Assembly (NCBI GenBank): GCA_013343275.1
Contig: CP046106.1
Location: 32,001-96,000 of the forward strand
From: Candidatus Nanohaloarchaea archaeon
Lineage (GTDB): Archaea; Nanohalarchaeota; Nanosalinia; Nanosalinales; Nanosalinaceae
Direction: 5' to 3'
Length of the DNA stretch: 64,000 bases
Below the pieces are notes generated by a model. It saw only the letters and a list, made by a program, of their open reading frames with translations, did not search any database and was not told the DNA's origin. Below, one piece after another: positions 9,116 to 19,255 of this stretch; the first letter of the stretch is position 1, and the number at the start of each line of letters is the position of its first letter. The translations under genes were made by a program, and so were the position numbers.

Positions 9116-9520
9116 ATGATCGGAAATTTTTCTGACGACTTTGGCGATCTATACGTTTTCTTTGACGAAGGCGAAGTTGAAAACCTTGAATCCGGACCTG
9201 TAACTGGTACTGTTGTTGATGCTGACAGTCCTGATCTTAGCGCAGGTAGTATTGAGGTTGTTTACGAGCCTGACCTTCAGTGCTCCAGGCCGCTGGCCGG
9301 TAGAGAAAATGAGGAAGGTTCCGTAGGCGAGTTTCAGGTTGTTGTAGGTGAGAATACCTACAATGATTTGTTGGATGGTGAGGCCTACAGCAGTCCTGCA
9401 GGAGACTACCAGAGTCTTCCAAGCGATGCAGATATACGTATGATGCCGCCTGGTGAAACAGGAGATCTAGACTACCTTCTGGAAGAGCTGGATGAACTGA
9501 AGGAAAACTACATCAAATGA
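9116..9520 (+). CDS. Hypothetical acidic protein
   Basis: 134-aa D/E-rich ORF, convergent with and overlapping the nfi end. Confidence 0.65.
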   Translation: MIGNFSDDFGDLYVFFDEGEVENLESGPVTGTVVDADSPDLSAGSIEVVYEPDLQCSRPLAGRENEEGSVGEFQVVVGENTYNDLLDGEAYSSPAGDYQSLPSDADIRMMPPGETGDLDYLLEELDELKENYIK

Positions 9521-10244
9521 CTTCTTTCTTAACTTCGTCAACGTACTTGTCGGCCTCGTAGGTAGGTCTCGGCAGCTTGTAGTCTCCAGCAAACTGTAAT
9601 GCTATCTCTGCAGCAGTCTCCTCTCCGAGTCTGTGACCGGGGCTCACGTATACTGGGTTAATACCGTACGAGGAGCTGTACTGTTTGGTCTGAACTGCGT
9701 AACCTATAACACCATTGTAAGTCTCAACTCTGTCGTCAGCCTTAATAGCTACTTTTTCTCCTTTATCCAGCTCGCTGATATCGGATACAGGATCTCCGCA
9801 GAGAAGGTTCTTTGCAATACCTAGAGCAGGAATATCAAATATGACTCCTATATGGGTAGCGATACCGGCCTCACGGAAATGTATTCTCCCGCTACCATCC
9901 AGAATCAACAGATCGGGTTCAGCCTCCAGCTTTTCCAGTACAGATACTATGGAGTGGCCTTCCCTGAATGCCAGTAGGCCTGGAATGTAGGGTAGAGGTG
10001 TTTCCTCCAGAACATACTCTTTCTCGATGACCTCTCCATCTCTGAGCACTACAGCGCCGCTCAGAATCTGGTCGTCAAGAAAGGCCTGATCGATACCTAC
10101 TACGGTCTTCTCCTCTATATCTTCTGGCTGGAAATCTATCTGGTTATGGAATACTGCTTTCTCAGCGATCTCTCGCTGTAACTGATTCATTTCCTCTGTT
10201 TCAAGGCCTTCTTCTGGTATAAATTTCGGGTTGACTGGTTCCAT
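9513..10244 (-). CDS. nfi: Endonuclease V
   Basis: VVGIDQAF, PYIPGLLAFRE, LDGSGRIHFREAGIATHIG, GIAKNLL, PVYVSPGHR and YKLPRP motifs. Confidence 0.95.
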   Translation of the reverse strand: MEPVNPKFIPEEGLETEEMNQLQREIAEKAVFHNQIDFQPEDIEEKTVVGIDQAFLDDQILSGAVVLRDGEVIEKEYVLEETPLPYIPGLLAFREGHSIVSVLEKLEAEPDLLILDGSGRIHFREAGIATHIGVIFDIPALGIAKNLLCGDPVSDISELDKGEKVAIKADDRVETYNGVIGYAVQTKQYSSSYGINPVYVSPGHRLGEETAAEIALQFAGDYKLPRPTYEADKYVDEVKKEVI

Positions 10245-10280
10245 AGGAAAATAAGAGAAAGGAAAATGTTTAGAATGAAC

Positions 10281-10820
10281 TTATTGCTGGGTTGGTTCCT
10301 GTTGCTGTTGCGGGTTCTGTCGCTGGCCCTGCTGTGGCTGAGAATTCTGTTCTGGATGCTCTGTGACTACTACTGTTCCTGCAAGTCTGTCGAAAAGTCT
10401 CTGTCTTCTGTCGCTTGCAGCCATAGAGATGAGCGCTACTATGTAGAAGAATGTTACATAGACATACGTTATTCCAGGGATGTTTCTTACTAGGGCTGCG
10501 CCTTTTGTTACTTGATCTCCGTTCTCTTTGACTACTTTTATTCCCATAAGCCTTTTTCCAAGCGTTTGGCCGTCCCAGTATCCTTCGAGCAGGAATCCGT
10601 AACCTACTAGTGAGAAGATACCAATAATTACTCCTACTCCTGCGAAGGCTGATGCAATTTCGCTTTCGGCTCCGCCAGCAGCAGTACCTACTAGCGTAAA
10701 GCCAAATAGGACTACAAAGAAGAGGGTTAACGTAGCAAATACATCTACAATTTGGGCTACAACTCTCTTTCCAATTACATCAGTATCTTGTCGGGTAGGT
10801 TCTCGATTATAACCTTCCAT
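10281..10820 (-). CDS. RDD family membrane protein with Gln-rich C-terminal tail
   Basis: KRVVAQIVD, GQTLGKRLMGIKVV and RQRLFDRLAGTVVV motifs. Confidence 0.9.
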   Translation of the reverse strand: MEGYNREPTRQDTDVIGKRVVAQIVDVFATLTLFFVVLFGFTLVGTAAGGAESEIASAFAGVGVIIGIFSLVGYGFLLEGYWDGQTLGKRLMGIKVVKENGDQVTKGAALVRNIPGITYVYVTFFYIVALISMAASDRRQRLFDRLAGTVVVTEHPEQNSQPQQGQRQNPQQQQEPTQQ

Positions 10821-10882
10821 ACGTTCGTTGTAGCTTCTATAATTAAAAAATTGCAGGATAACTAGGAGAGGAAAAGAAGGAT

Positions 10883-11437
10883 TTATTCTTTGAGCTCGGT
10901 CTTTCTGATCTCGAGCTCTCGGAATGGGTAGATCTTGTTGGCCTTCTCTCTCATGTCCTCCTGTACGTTGTCGAGGAAGATGTTCTCCATGAACTCCTCG
11001 TAGCTCTGTTCGGAAGCTTTCTCGTCGAGGATATCTGAGAGTTCTTTTCTGACGGCCTTAAGTGTCTCGGAGGAAGTCTTCTTCAGTGTTGCTCCGATAA
11101 CCTTTACTCTAACAGTTCTACCATCCTTCGTGGTTGTGTCGTGGACTAGATCCATTCTGTCGGATCTTTTCCTGATCATTCGGGATACGAATTCGGAAGA
11201 ACATTCCATTCCGTCAATCTCTGTGAAGGCCTTGTTGCCTTCAACTTCTGTAACCTTCAGGGTTACATCTACGTAGTATTTGCTTGTTTCTTCCATCATT
11301 TCGTTCAGGCCTTCCTTTACTGTTCGGCCGACAACCTGCGATTGTTTCTCCGCCGGTGTCTCTCCTACTTCGTCGACACTGAAAATGTCTGGCGCCTGAA
11401 TCTCGTACCAGTTTTTCTGAATAACAGCCTTAGCCAT
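10883..11437 (-). CDS. rps3ae: 30S ribosomal protein S3Ae (eS1)
   Basis: KNWYEIQAPDIF, GETPA and KIYPFRELEIRKTE; located near rps15. Confidence 0.93.
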   Translation of the reverse strand: MAKAVIQKNWYEIQAPDIFSVDEVGETPAEKQSQVVGRTVKEGLNEMMEETSKYYVDVTLKVTEVEGNKAFTEIDGMECSSEFVSRMIRKRSDRMDLVHDTTTKDGRTVRVKVIGATLKKTSSETLKAVRKELSDILDEKASEQSYEEFMENIFLDNVQEDMREKANKIYPFRELEIRKTELKE

Positions 11438-11490
11438 ACCAAGAACTCAAACTCAAAACTTTATAAACGGTATGTCTTCCCTTGTGTAGT

Positions 11491-12222
11491 ATGGACTTAG
11501 AGTTCTACAATGAGGAAAAGCATGACTATTTCCTTGACACATTTACAGACTATTCGAGAGAGCCTACGGAGGAGGAAGAGGAGTTTTTCCGGCCTGAACT
11601 TGAACAAATCGTTGAAGACATTTCTGAGGTAACAGGTCAATCTGATGATTTCAAGCTGTACTATGCGATGACTGATGAAGATGCTCTTGATGATGACCTT
11701 CCGATTAACAGGTATGTTCATGGTTTCTCCTTCGCAGAGTGGATGGAAGGATTTGACAGAGATGTAGTCATGATTCGTGCGGTAAATGACAGAGAGGACT
11801 GGAGGCCGTGCCTGGTCAATATGCTGGCCCATGAAATGGCTCATCAAGAATACTATTCGAAGAATAAAACGGCACCATACACTAATCTGCAAAATCTTGT
11901 CTTTGAAGGCCATGCTATGAACAGGGCTGAACAGGTAGCGGAGGAGCTTGATCTGGAATGGAGCCCTCATTACCGTTCGGAAGAGCCGCCTGAAATTGAT
12001 TCAGGTGCAATAATTCAGGTCCTGGATAAGAACAGGAATCAGGGCTCGGAAGATATATTCAGCAACGGCGGCGAATTATGTGAACAGGCTGAAGGGTACC
12101 AGATAGCATACCTCACGGTAGACTATCTTGTTAATGAGAAAGATATTGGGCTTGGCGAGCTGCCGGGAGAAGAGAGTTTGAGGGAAGAAGTTGAAGAGGC
12201 CTTGACAGAGGTTCTAAACTAG
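11491..12222 (+). CDS. Putative Zn-dependent metallopeptidase (DUF2268-like gluzincin)
   Basis: HEMAH motif followed by LVFEGHA (third ligand Glu) and a GY motif near the C-terminus. Confidence 0.7.
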   Translation: MDLEFYNEEKHDYFLDTFTDYSREPTEEEEEFFRPELEQIVEDISEVTGQSDDFKLYYAMTDEDALDDDLPINRYVHGFSFAEWMEGFDRDVVMIRAVNDREDWRPCLVNMLAHEMAHQEYYSKNKTAPYTNLQNLVFEGHAMNRAEQVAEELDLEWSPHYRSEEPPEIDSGAIIQVLDKNRNQGSEDIFSNGGELCEQAEGYQIAYLTVDYLVNEKDIGLGELPGEESLREEVEEALTEVLN

Positions 12223-13581
12223 GGCCTCTATTTCCTCGTTCAGTCTCTCAATGAAATTCTCTTTCTCGCTTTCTGGGATCATTGCTCCTGCTGCGATGTT
12301 GTGGCCTCCTCCCTCTCCGTCGATTTCTTCGCAGATTGCTTCGATTACTTCTCCGAGGTTGAGGCCTGCTTCTACTGCTTCTTTTGATGCTCGGGAGGAT
12401 ACTTTCATCTTGTCCTTATCGGATTCTGCGATCCCCATGACGACTGGTGAGTTGAACAGGCCATTGCTCATTGTGATGGTGGTGACGGTTCCGATGAAGT
12501 CGTCTTCGATATTGTCTTTTCCATCGATTACGCCTATAGTGTCTTCATATACCACTTCGTCATCTTCCTTGTTGTTTTCGACGTAGCGAAGCGATGAGGA
12601 GATTTTACGTCCGTATTTTGTCGATATCTTATCTGCCAGCTCGAGGTCGTTCTCCAGAAGTATTTTGACTCCTTTCTTCGGCTGGCCTAGGCGGCCACAT
12701 GCGTTGATTACTGTTGAGAACTCGTCGATCTCGTAGCCGTTGTCCAGAGTGTAGATGTCATTGAGAAGCTCTTGAACAGGGAAGCCACGCCGGATCATGG
12801 CGTTAATCAGTTTTTTCTCCTCTTCTTCATCTAGGTCGGATAGTGTGCGGAAGTCTCCATTTTCTCTGATGTCTAGGCCTGCGGATTTCACTAGCTGGAT
12901 TGCTCCGGACTCGTTGTTGGATACTCCTTCCAGATGAGGATCCGTGGTATACATCAGGGACTTCTGCAGTGGTTTAGTGGAGCGACCGTAGAGATCGAGG
13001 CCCTTCCTTTTCTCTACGTGTCCTTTCTCTATTGCTTCTTCTGCCAGATCCTGGTTGAGCCCCATAAACTCTCCTTCCTGCTTCTGTACGTCTCCTGTAG
13101 CTCCAATCAATGCATATTTAACAAGATCGTCGTTCTCTTCGTCGACTGCCTTCGCAAGGAGATAGGTCATTCCTGCTGCGGAGATGGCTTCTCCTCCGTC
13201 GTGGCCGAGGAAGTGCGGGTTCATATGGATGAATCGTTCGCCGTCACCTTCGATCTGTGGTTCGTGGTGATCTGATACAATTACGTCTTTGTCGGTTTCG
13301 TCAATTATGTATTCTTTCAGGAACTTTGACTGGCCGGATCCTATGTCTACGAACAGCAGAAGGCCTTCGTCTTCTTCTGCGATCCTTTCTACGTCTTCTT
13401 CGTATAGCTGTCTGAGTATTTCGTATTCGAAGTCTTTTCCGAGCCTTTCGAGCATCTGATGTGCTACTGCTGTGGCGTTGATACCATCGGCGTCGTACTG
13501 GCCGATTAACCGGATTTTACCTTCGTAATCTCTGATCTTCTCTGCAGCTGGCTGGGCTGCGTCTAGAATGTCTTGAACCAT
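12214..13581 (-). CDS. recJ: RecJ-like DHH/DHHA1 phosphoesterase
   Basis: YDADG, DIGSGQ, SDHH, GATGD and GEGGGHNIAAGA; conserved position after rps15. Confidence 0.9.
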   Translation of the reverse strand: MVQDILDAAQPAAEKIRDYEGKIRLIGQYDADGINATAVAHQMLERLGKDFEYEILRQLYEEDVERIAEEDEGLLLFVDIGSGQSKFLKEYIIDETDKDVIVSDHHEPQIEGDGERFIHMNPHFLGHDGGEAISAAGMTYLLAKAVDEENDDLVKYALIGATGDVQKQEGEFMGLNQDLAEEAIEKGHVEKRKGLDLYGRSTKPLQKSLMYTTDPHLEGVSNNESGAIQLVKSAGLDIRENGDFRTLSDLDEEEEKKLINAMIRRGFPVQELLNDIYTLDNGYEIDEFSTVINACGRLGQPKKGVKILLENDLELADKISTKYGRKISSSLRYVENNKEDDEVVYEDTIGVIDGKDNIEDDFIGTVTTITMSNGLFNSPVVMGIAESDKDKMKVSSRASKEAVEAGLNLGEVIEAICEEIDGEGGGHNIAAGAMIPESEKENFIERLNEEIEALV

Positions 13582-13659
13582 GTATTTTCAGTTCAGTTAG
13601 AATCTCTTTTATCCTTTATGCAGATGGAGAAATTAGAAAGAAATAGGTAGGTGGGGAAA

Positions 13660-14100
13660 TTACCGTTCTTCACGTTCGTACTCCCAGTCGTCGTCAATCC
13701 GGCCTTCATCTCTGTAGTAGGAAGCCAGTCTTCTGATCTTGGCCTCTACAAGACTCAACCTTCTATCGGCGTCTTCATCCTTCTGGTTGTCCTCGAGATG
13801 GTCCTGAATGTTTTCGGCCTTCTCGACCAGGTTGTTCAGATCCTCAGGTAGTTCATCCTGAGCATCGTTCTCCTCAAGGATTGTAGTAATCTTCTTACCT
13901 GTAACTGTCTTGACATCAGGAATTCCGTACTCGTCTCTGAGCTTCATTCCGATCTGTGAAGGATCATTACCTTCTTCCTTCAGCTTAACGACGAGCTCTT
14001 CAACTTCGTCCTCATCGTAGTCAAGCCAGTCAGGCTGTTTCTTGTCTACAGGGTTTGAACTTCCTGAACTTCCACGTGAACTCTTGTGCATTCTGCTCAT
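13660..14100 (-). CDS. rps15: 30S ribosomal protein S15 (uS15)
   Basis: MSRMHKSSRGSSGS, PSQIGMKLRDEYGIPDVK and EAKIRRLASYY; start at ATG 14100. Confidence 0.97.
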   Translation of the reverse strand: MSRMHKSSRGSSGSSNPVDKKQPDWLDYDEDEVEELVVKLKEEGNDPSQIGMKLRDEYGIPDVKTVTGKKITTILEENDAQDELPEDLNNLVEKAENIQDHLEDNQKDEDADRRLSLVEAKIRRLASYYRDEGRIDDDWEYEREER

Positions 14101-14218
14101 AATTTTATCACATACCGATCCGGTCAAGCACCAAAGCTTTCCCGGTCTCTAAAACAAACACTGACTGGAAATTATTTTAAAACAGGGTCTAGTTATAACG
14201 GGCTCAAGGGAAAATTGT

Positions 14219-14743
14219 TCAACAGCTCCATAATCCTTTCTCTTTTCTTTTCGCCTGTTTCTCCTGCCTGAGATAGATGCCTTCCCTGGAGAACTTGCCT
14301 GTATACACTCTTGCCAGGCCTTTCTCTACAAGCAAACGGTTTACAGAACTGTTATCTTCGTATACATAGGCCAGCAGTCTTCCGTACTCTCCACGTCTGT
14401 CTGCTGAGCTATCGGTTCTGTACTTTATCTGGCTGTCAAGCTTCTGCTCTAGGAACTCTGCTGCTCTCTCACCGTAACTCTCAAGGCATCTCCTGTTGGA
14501 GAAAGTATCTCTGAGGCCGAATTCCTGAGGAGTATTTGCTGAATTAGTTTCTGGTGCATCAACGCCCAGCAATCGGATAGTGATTTCCTGGCCTCCGCTC
14601 TCTACATCGATGGTGTCGCCGTCCACTACCTCTATCAGCGTGGCGTTACTCTTGACAGGTTCTGGTTCGGCCTGATATGCTGTGGCGGTGATAACTGCCA
14701 GAAAAAGTATTCCAAATACTTCGGGAGACAGTAGCTTTCTCAT
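14219..14743 (-). CDS. Thermonuclease (SNase-like), secreted or membrane-anchored
   Basis: Signal/TM segment, then VVDGDTI, IRLLGVDAPE, YGRLLAYVY, LVEKGLARVY and KGLW. Confidence 0.92.
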   Translation of the reverse strand: MRKLLSPEVFGILFLAVITATAYQAEPEPVKSNATLIEVVDGDTIDVESGGQEITIRLLGVDAPETNSANTPQEFGLRDTFSNRRCLESYGERAAEFLEQKLDSQIKYRTDSSADRRGEYGRLLAYVYEDNSSVNRLLVEKGLARVYTGKFSREGIYLRQEKQAKRKEKGLWSC

Positions 14744-14750
14744 AGATTTT

Positions 14751-15323
14751 TTACTTGTAGCGGCCTCTCCTTTCCACTTCCTTCAGCTGTTCTAGGACTT
14801 TATCTGCTTCGCTGTACTTTCTGTAGCCTTCTACAAATTTCTCCCAGGCCTCTTCAGCTACTTCCGGGTGTGAGCTGTTCAGAACCTGTTTCAGCAGGTG
14901 TATATCGACGGCTTTGTCCTCGACTCTGTCTGAGTGGAACGCCAGGCCGAAATCTATAATGTAGATGTAGTCGTTGCTGACTGCGTTGCTGGTGGTTAGG
15001 TCTCCGTGGACTATATCTGTGTCGTGGAGTAGTGCAACGTTCTCTCCAAGCGATTTCATCTTCTCTACATCTTCTTCAAGTACTTCTTTCAGCTGCAGGC
15101 CTTCAATCCTCTGCATCTTGATGACTGAGTCTTCCTGATCGAGGATTTCCGGAACATTTACTCCGTGCTTCTTGGCTTTCTTCATTATCCGGGCCTCTGT
15201 CTTCGTTCTCTCTGTCCTGATCTTGCTGTCAAGTTCCGGATGCCTGTACTTCTTCGGCTCTCTGGTCTTCACTACTCTGTCATCGGTTATTTCTATTACG
15301 GCCTCAGCTCCTCTGAAACTCAT
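14751..15323 (-). CDS. bud32: KEOPS kinase Bud32
   Basis: RGAEA, KKYRHPELD, HGDLTTSN, IDFGL, EDKAVD and RGRY motifs. Confidence 0.96.
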   Translation of the reverse strand: MSFRGAEAVIEITDDRVVKTREPKKYRHPELDSKIRTERTKTEARIMKKAKKHGVNVPEILDQEDSVIKMQRIEGLQLKEVLEEDVEKMKSLGENVALLHDTDIVHGDLTTSNAVSNDYIYIIDFGLAFHSDRVEDKAVDIHLLKQVLNSSHPEVAEEAWEKFVEGYRKYSEADKVLEQLKEVERRGRYK

Positions 15324-15351
15324 ACTGTGTTACTGGTGTGTTCACTCTTTT

Positions 15352-17007
15352 TTATCCTTCATCCGACTGCAGGTATCTTCTGAGTTCCAGCATGTTCTTC
15401 CTGCGCAGCTCCTCCTTGTAGTTCCTGTTCTCCATAATCCCCTCTATATGGTCTGCCAGCAGCTCGGCCCCGGTCATGTCCGGAATATTAACGTAGACAA
15501 CATTCAATGACTTCAGCAGCTCCTTGGTCTCTTCGACGCTTTCTGAACGTAGAATTCGGTCGGCATCGGTTTCCAGGCCTACTATTTTTTCTGAGGCCTT
15601 TCGCAGTGGTATAGTTGATATTATCAGTTTGGCCTTGTCTGCCCTGGCTTTTTTCCATGTCTCATCCTCCATTATATCGCTGAAAATGTAGTTGTCTCCT
15701 CTGTCATGCAGTTCCTCTACTTTCTCTGGGTCGTTCTCAAGTACAACGAACTGCTGTTCCTCTTCCTTCAGTTTGTCAGCCAGTCTTTTACCCTGTGTAT
15801 CGTATCCTACCAGTATCACATGTTTTTCCAGTGCGCCGTCTACATGAGTTCTTATGGTGTCTTCTGCATCCGGAAGCAGGTCATGCCTCGACATGAAGCT
15901 GTAGATATCTTCTTTGTGTCTCTGGGTGTATGATGAGATCAGCATGCTTGTTGTAGCTGTCAGGATAATGGCCTGGAAAAGAGCGTCATCCATTATACCT
16001 ACCAGGTGTGTCTGGATTGCGATTATCAGCGAGAGCTCGCTTACCTGGTCGATACTCATCCCGGTGAGGTACGAGGTTCTCTTGTTGTGGCCCTGCATGA
16101 TCAGAGATGTTATCACCATGTAAGGCTTGAATACCGAGGTTATTGCAAGAAGCAGGGCTGAGATCAGCAGTATCCGAGAGTTAGGGAAGGTGATTAATGC
16201 ACCTAGAGATACGAAGAAGATGGCTGAGAAGAAGTCTTTCAGCGATCCTGTGGTGTCAAGTATTTCGATGTTGTAAGGGTATTTCGATACTGCGAATCCT
16301 GCGGCAAAGCTTCCTGCAGCTATGGAAATGTCCAGGTACTGCGCTATCCCGATGAATCCGGAGAGAATACTTATGGAGAAGAGCATCATTAGCTCTCTTG
16401 AACCTTCTGTTAGCCTGGTCAGCTGGTCGAAGAGGTACTGGCGGAAGACTACTGCGCCGAGAATCATGGAAAGGCCATAGTACAGGTTCTGAGGTATGTT
16501 GGTGAGCATTGTTTCTGTGCTGCCGAGCGCTATAAGTATCAGTACAGCGATAACGTCCTGTGTCAGGTGTATGGACTCTGCCAGTCGGCCGTGTGTAAGA
16601 TTAATGTGTATCTCCCTGTCCAGCAGATCCAGGCCTACCAGTGTAGAGCTCAGTACTGCGGCCAGCATGAAGAGGATGCTGTTCAGAAGGTTGAATCCGA
16701 AAAGGTAATGCCCTAGAGCAAGGCTGAAACCACCGATTACTGCTATCTGGACTGCGCCTGCTATCTGGCTCTCCCGGGCTACAGAGGTAAGTCTTTCGGG
16801 ATCCATTTTCACTCCGAAGATGAAAACCAGGAAGGACAGGCCTATCTGCACGAAGGAAAGCATCTCCTGCTGGGGGAAGAACCTTCCTACCAACACTCCT
16901 GCAAGTATGTAAGCGGGTATAGCAGGGTGATCGAAGTAGTCCATAACAAGCAGTATTGCTGAGGAAGCTACGAACACTGCTGTCAGAATATTTATCAGTT
17001 CTGAGAT
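15352..17007 (-). CDS. CPA2 (Kef-type) cation:proton antiporter with C-terminal RCK/TrkA-N domain
   Basis: Multi-TM with LSST, TQD and LKDFFSAIFFVSLG; C-terminal HVILVGYDTQG. The ORF track starts at GTG 16977; an in-frame ATC at 17007 behind GAGGTGA is the proposed start. Confidence 0.88.
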   Translation of the reverse strand: MSELINILTAVFVASSAILLVMDYFDHPAIPAYILAGVLVGRFFPQQEMLSFVQIGLSFLVFIFGVKMDPERLTSVARESQIAGAVQIAVIGGFSLALGHYLFGFNLLNSILFMLAAVLSSTLVGLDLLDREIHINLTHGRLAESIHLTQDVIAVLILIALGSTETMLTNIPQNLYYGLSMILGAVVFRQYLFDQLTRLTEGSRELMMLFSISILSGFIGIAQYLDISIAAGSFAAGFAVSKYPYNIEILDTTGSLKDFFSAIFFVSLGALITFPNSRILLISALLLAITSVFKPYMVITSLIMQGHNKRTSYLTGMSIDQVSELSLIIAIQTHLVGIMDDALFQAIILTATTSMLISSYTQRHKEDIYSFMSRHDLLPDAEDTIRTHVDGALEKHVILVGYDTQGKRLADKLKEEEQQFVVLENDPEKVEELHDRGDNYIFSDIMEDETWKKARADKAKLIISTIPLRKASEKIVGLETDADRILRSESVEETKELLKSLNVVYVNIPDMTGAELLADHIEGIMENRNYKEELRRKNMLELRRYLQSDEG

Positions 17008-18668
17008 AGGTTATCACCTCTTATCTTTTCTAATTCGGCCTCTACCTCTTCTTCAAACAGTTCTTCATCCTCCAGGTAGAGTTCCAGGTACTCGCTGAGC
17101 CTGTTACCTGTTAATAGGTTCTTTACGATTACATAGTCTGCGCCTCTATCGTACAGGTCTACAGCGTGTTCGATGTCATCTGCTTTTACGATTGCTACCG
17201 ATTCCCTCTTTTTTTCCTCTAGTATGCGGTCGTTCACTGCTTTTTCAGGTGAGACACTGATTACAAAGTCTGCTTTTCCTAGCCTTGCAGCTTCACGGAT
17301 CTCGCCATGCTTGAAATCTCCGTAAATATACTCGTAGTTTGACCGAGAAAGCTCTGCTGTATTACTTGAGTCCCTATCTATCACAAGAACGTCGTACTCC
17401 TCCTCAAGTTTCTTGCATGCTCCTCTGGCAACTTCGTCGTATCCGACAACTACAACGTGGCCTTCAAGGCTTTCTACTTCTATATCTTTCTTCTCCTCTC
17501 CTTCAAACTCCTCGAGTATGTGGTCGAACTTCTTATGGATCTCATCCTTGAAACGGATCATGTAGGCCGAGCTCCCCATTGTAAGTATTGTAACCATGCT
17601 GATGAAGCCGGAGACCTCCTCTGCGATAAAGCCCTGTGTGATGGCCAGGCTGATCAGTATAAGGCCGAACTCGCTGACCTGTGTCATGTTCATAGCTGTC
17701 TTGAAACTGGTTTCTGGGGTGAACTTGAACCTGTCAACAGTGAAGAAGAAAATCAGGAACTTACCTAGAACAAGAACAACTGAGGCTACAATAGCTTCGG
17801 GGAGGAACGCCTGTAGAGAACCTCCTGTAATACTGAGCCCGAAGTTAAGGAAGAATATTGCCATGAATAAGTCGGTTAGAGGTCTTACTCTTTCCTGAAG
17901 TTCTCTGCTGTAAGGTATCTGCGCAAGCCCTACGCCTGCGATGAAGGCTCCGATTTCGAGTGATAGATTGAAGTACTGGGAGAGTGAGATGAATATGAAG
18001 GCCCATGCAACTCCGTGGGTGAAGAAGGCAGGCTTGTTGCCGGATATTTTCTTCAGTATGCTTGAGAAAAGGTATTTTGAGGATAGAAGGGATACTGCTG
18101 CGATGAAGGAGATCATTACGAATATCTCTCCTAGTTTGAGAGCTATTTGGGCGGGTGAGGTGCTTTCAACTGTGAGAAGTGCAAGTATAAGTACTACGGC
18201 AATATCCTGTACCAGAAGTATCCCTATATCCAGTCTTCCGGGCAGTGTCGATGCCTCATCTAGATTGGTAAGTAGTTTGACGACGAGTGCTGTTGAACTG
18301 AACATTACTGCTGCGCCGATGAATGCTGACGTTGTTAAGCTGAATCCAAGCAGGGAGCTAATTGTGAGTCCTAGTGCGAAGGTCAGTACCATCTGTATAA
18401 CTGCGATTCCAACGGTAGGCCTCAGAACGTCTCTTACCTCATCTAGGTTGATTTCCAGGCCGATAAGGAAAAGCAGGAATACCAGGCCTAGTTCGGAGAA
18501 AAGGGCTGTCATCTCGGTCTCTGCAATAAGATCTAGTCCTACAGGCCCTACTACCAGCCCGGCGATAATATAGGCCATTACCTTCGGCTGCCGTGTCTTC
18601 TCAGCTACTATGCCTAGGACCGTGGCGATACCGATTAGAAGAGCGAGCGATTCGTAGCCTACAGCCAT
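16995..18668 (-). CDS. CPA2 (Kef-type) cation:proton antiporter with C-terminal RCK/TrkA-N domain
   Basis: ELGLVFLLFLIGLE, FSSTALVVKLL, GILLVQD, QVSEFG and HVVVVGY motifs. Confidence 0.92.
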   Translation of the reverse strand: MAVGYESLALLIGIATVLGIVAEKTRQPKVMAYIIAGLVVGPVGLDLIAETEMTALFSELGLVFLLFLIGLEINLDEVRDVLRPTVGIAVIQMVLTFALGLTISSLLGFSLTTSAFIGAAVMFSSTALVVKLLTNLDEASTLPGRLDIGILLVQDIAVVLILALLTVESTSPAQIALKLGEIFVMISFIAAVSLLSSKYLFSSILKKISGNKPAFFTHGVAWAFIFISLSQYFNLSLEIGAFIAGVGLAQIPYSRELQERVRPLTDLFMAIFFLNFGLSITGGSLQAFLPEAIVASVVLVLGKFLIFFFTVDRFKFTPETSFKTAMNMTQVSEFGLILISLAITQGFIAEEVSGFISMVTILTMGSSAYMIRFKDEIHKKFDHILEEFEGEEKKDIEVESLEGHVVVVGYDEVARGACKKLEEEYDVLVIDRDSSNTAELSRSNYEYIYGDFKHGEIREAARLGKADFVISVSPEKAVNDRILEEKKRESVAIVKADDIEHAVDLYDRGADYVIVKNLLTGNRLSEYLELYLEDEELFEEEVEAELEKIRGDNLSQN

Positions 18669-18670
18669 GT

Positions 18671-19255
18671 CTATAGAACTTTTTCGATCTCCTTCTTCTT
18701 AATAGGTCCCTCTCTGAAGACCTCTACCTCGCCATCACTAACAGCTGCAATAGTAGATGTAGGCCCGGAATCAAGCTCTCCGGCATCAATCACGTAGTCA
18801 ACTTTCTCCAGGAGTTCCTCCGAGATATCGTCGACTGAGTAAGGTGTGTCGTGGCCTGAAATATTTGCTGAGGTAGCAGTTATAGGCCCTACCTCAGAGA
18901 GCCTGTCAGCAATCTCTCCGGAAGATATTCTGAAAGCAAAATCCTCGTTCAGGTTGTCCGGAACAGTATCCTTTCTGTCAGCGATAAGTGTCAGAGGCCC
19001 TGGCATGAACTCTCTGATAACTTTTCTCTCCTCATCTGAAAGATCTGCATACTTTTCTGCAGTATCAATTGAGTCAACTATAGCTGTCAGGCCTTTGCTT
19101 CTAGGCCTTTTCTTCGCCTCATATACTTTTTCGATCGCTACCCGGTCTGTTGCATCGGCTGCTATTCCATATGCGGTTTCTGTAGGAAATACTACTATTC
19201 CACCTTCTCGGATTACTTCCTTTGCTTCTTCAACTTGTTTTTCTATATCTCCCAT
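18671..19255 (-). CDS. sua5: L-threonylcarbamoyladenylate synthase (YrdC/TsaC domain only)
   Basis: FPTETAYGI, KKRP, PGPLT, TATSANISG and STI motifs; adjacent to kae1. Confidence 0.94.
   Translation of the reverse strand: MGDIEKQVEEAKEVIREGGIVVFPTETAYGIAADATDRVAIEKVYEAKKRPRSKGLTAIVDSIDTAEKYADLSDEERKVIREFMPGPLTLIADRKDTVPDNLNEDFAFRISSGEIADRLSEVGPITATSANISGHDTPYSVDDISEELLEKVDYVIDAGELDSGPTSTIAAVSDGEVEVFREGPIKKKEIEKVL

Noticed and set aside
10281-10350. Gln-rich low-complexity tail of the RDD protein as a functional DNA repeat
   Set aside because: It is a short, imperfect coding low-complexity sequence, not a tandem array.
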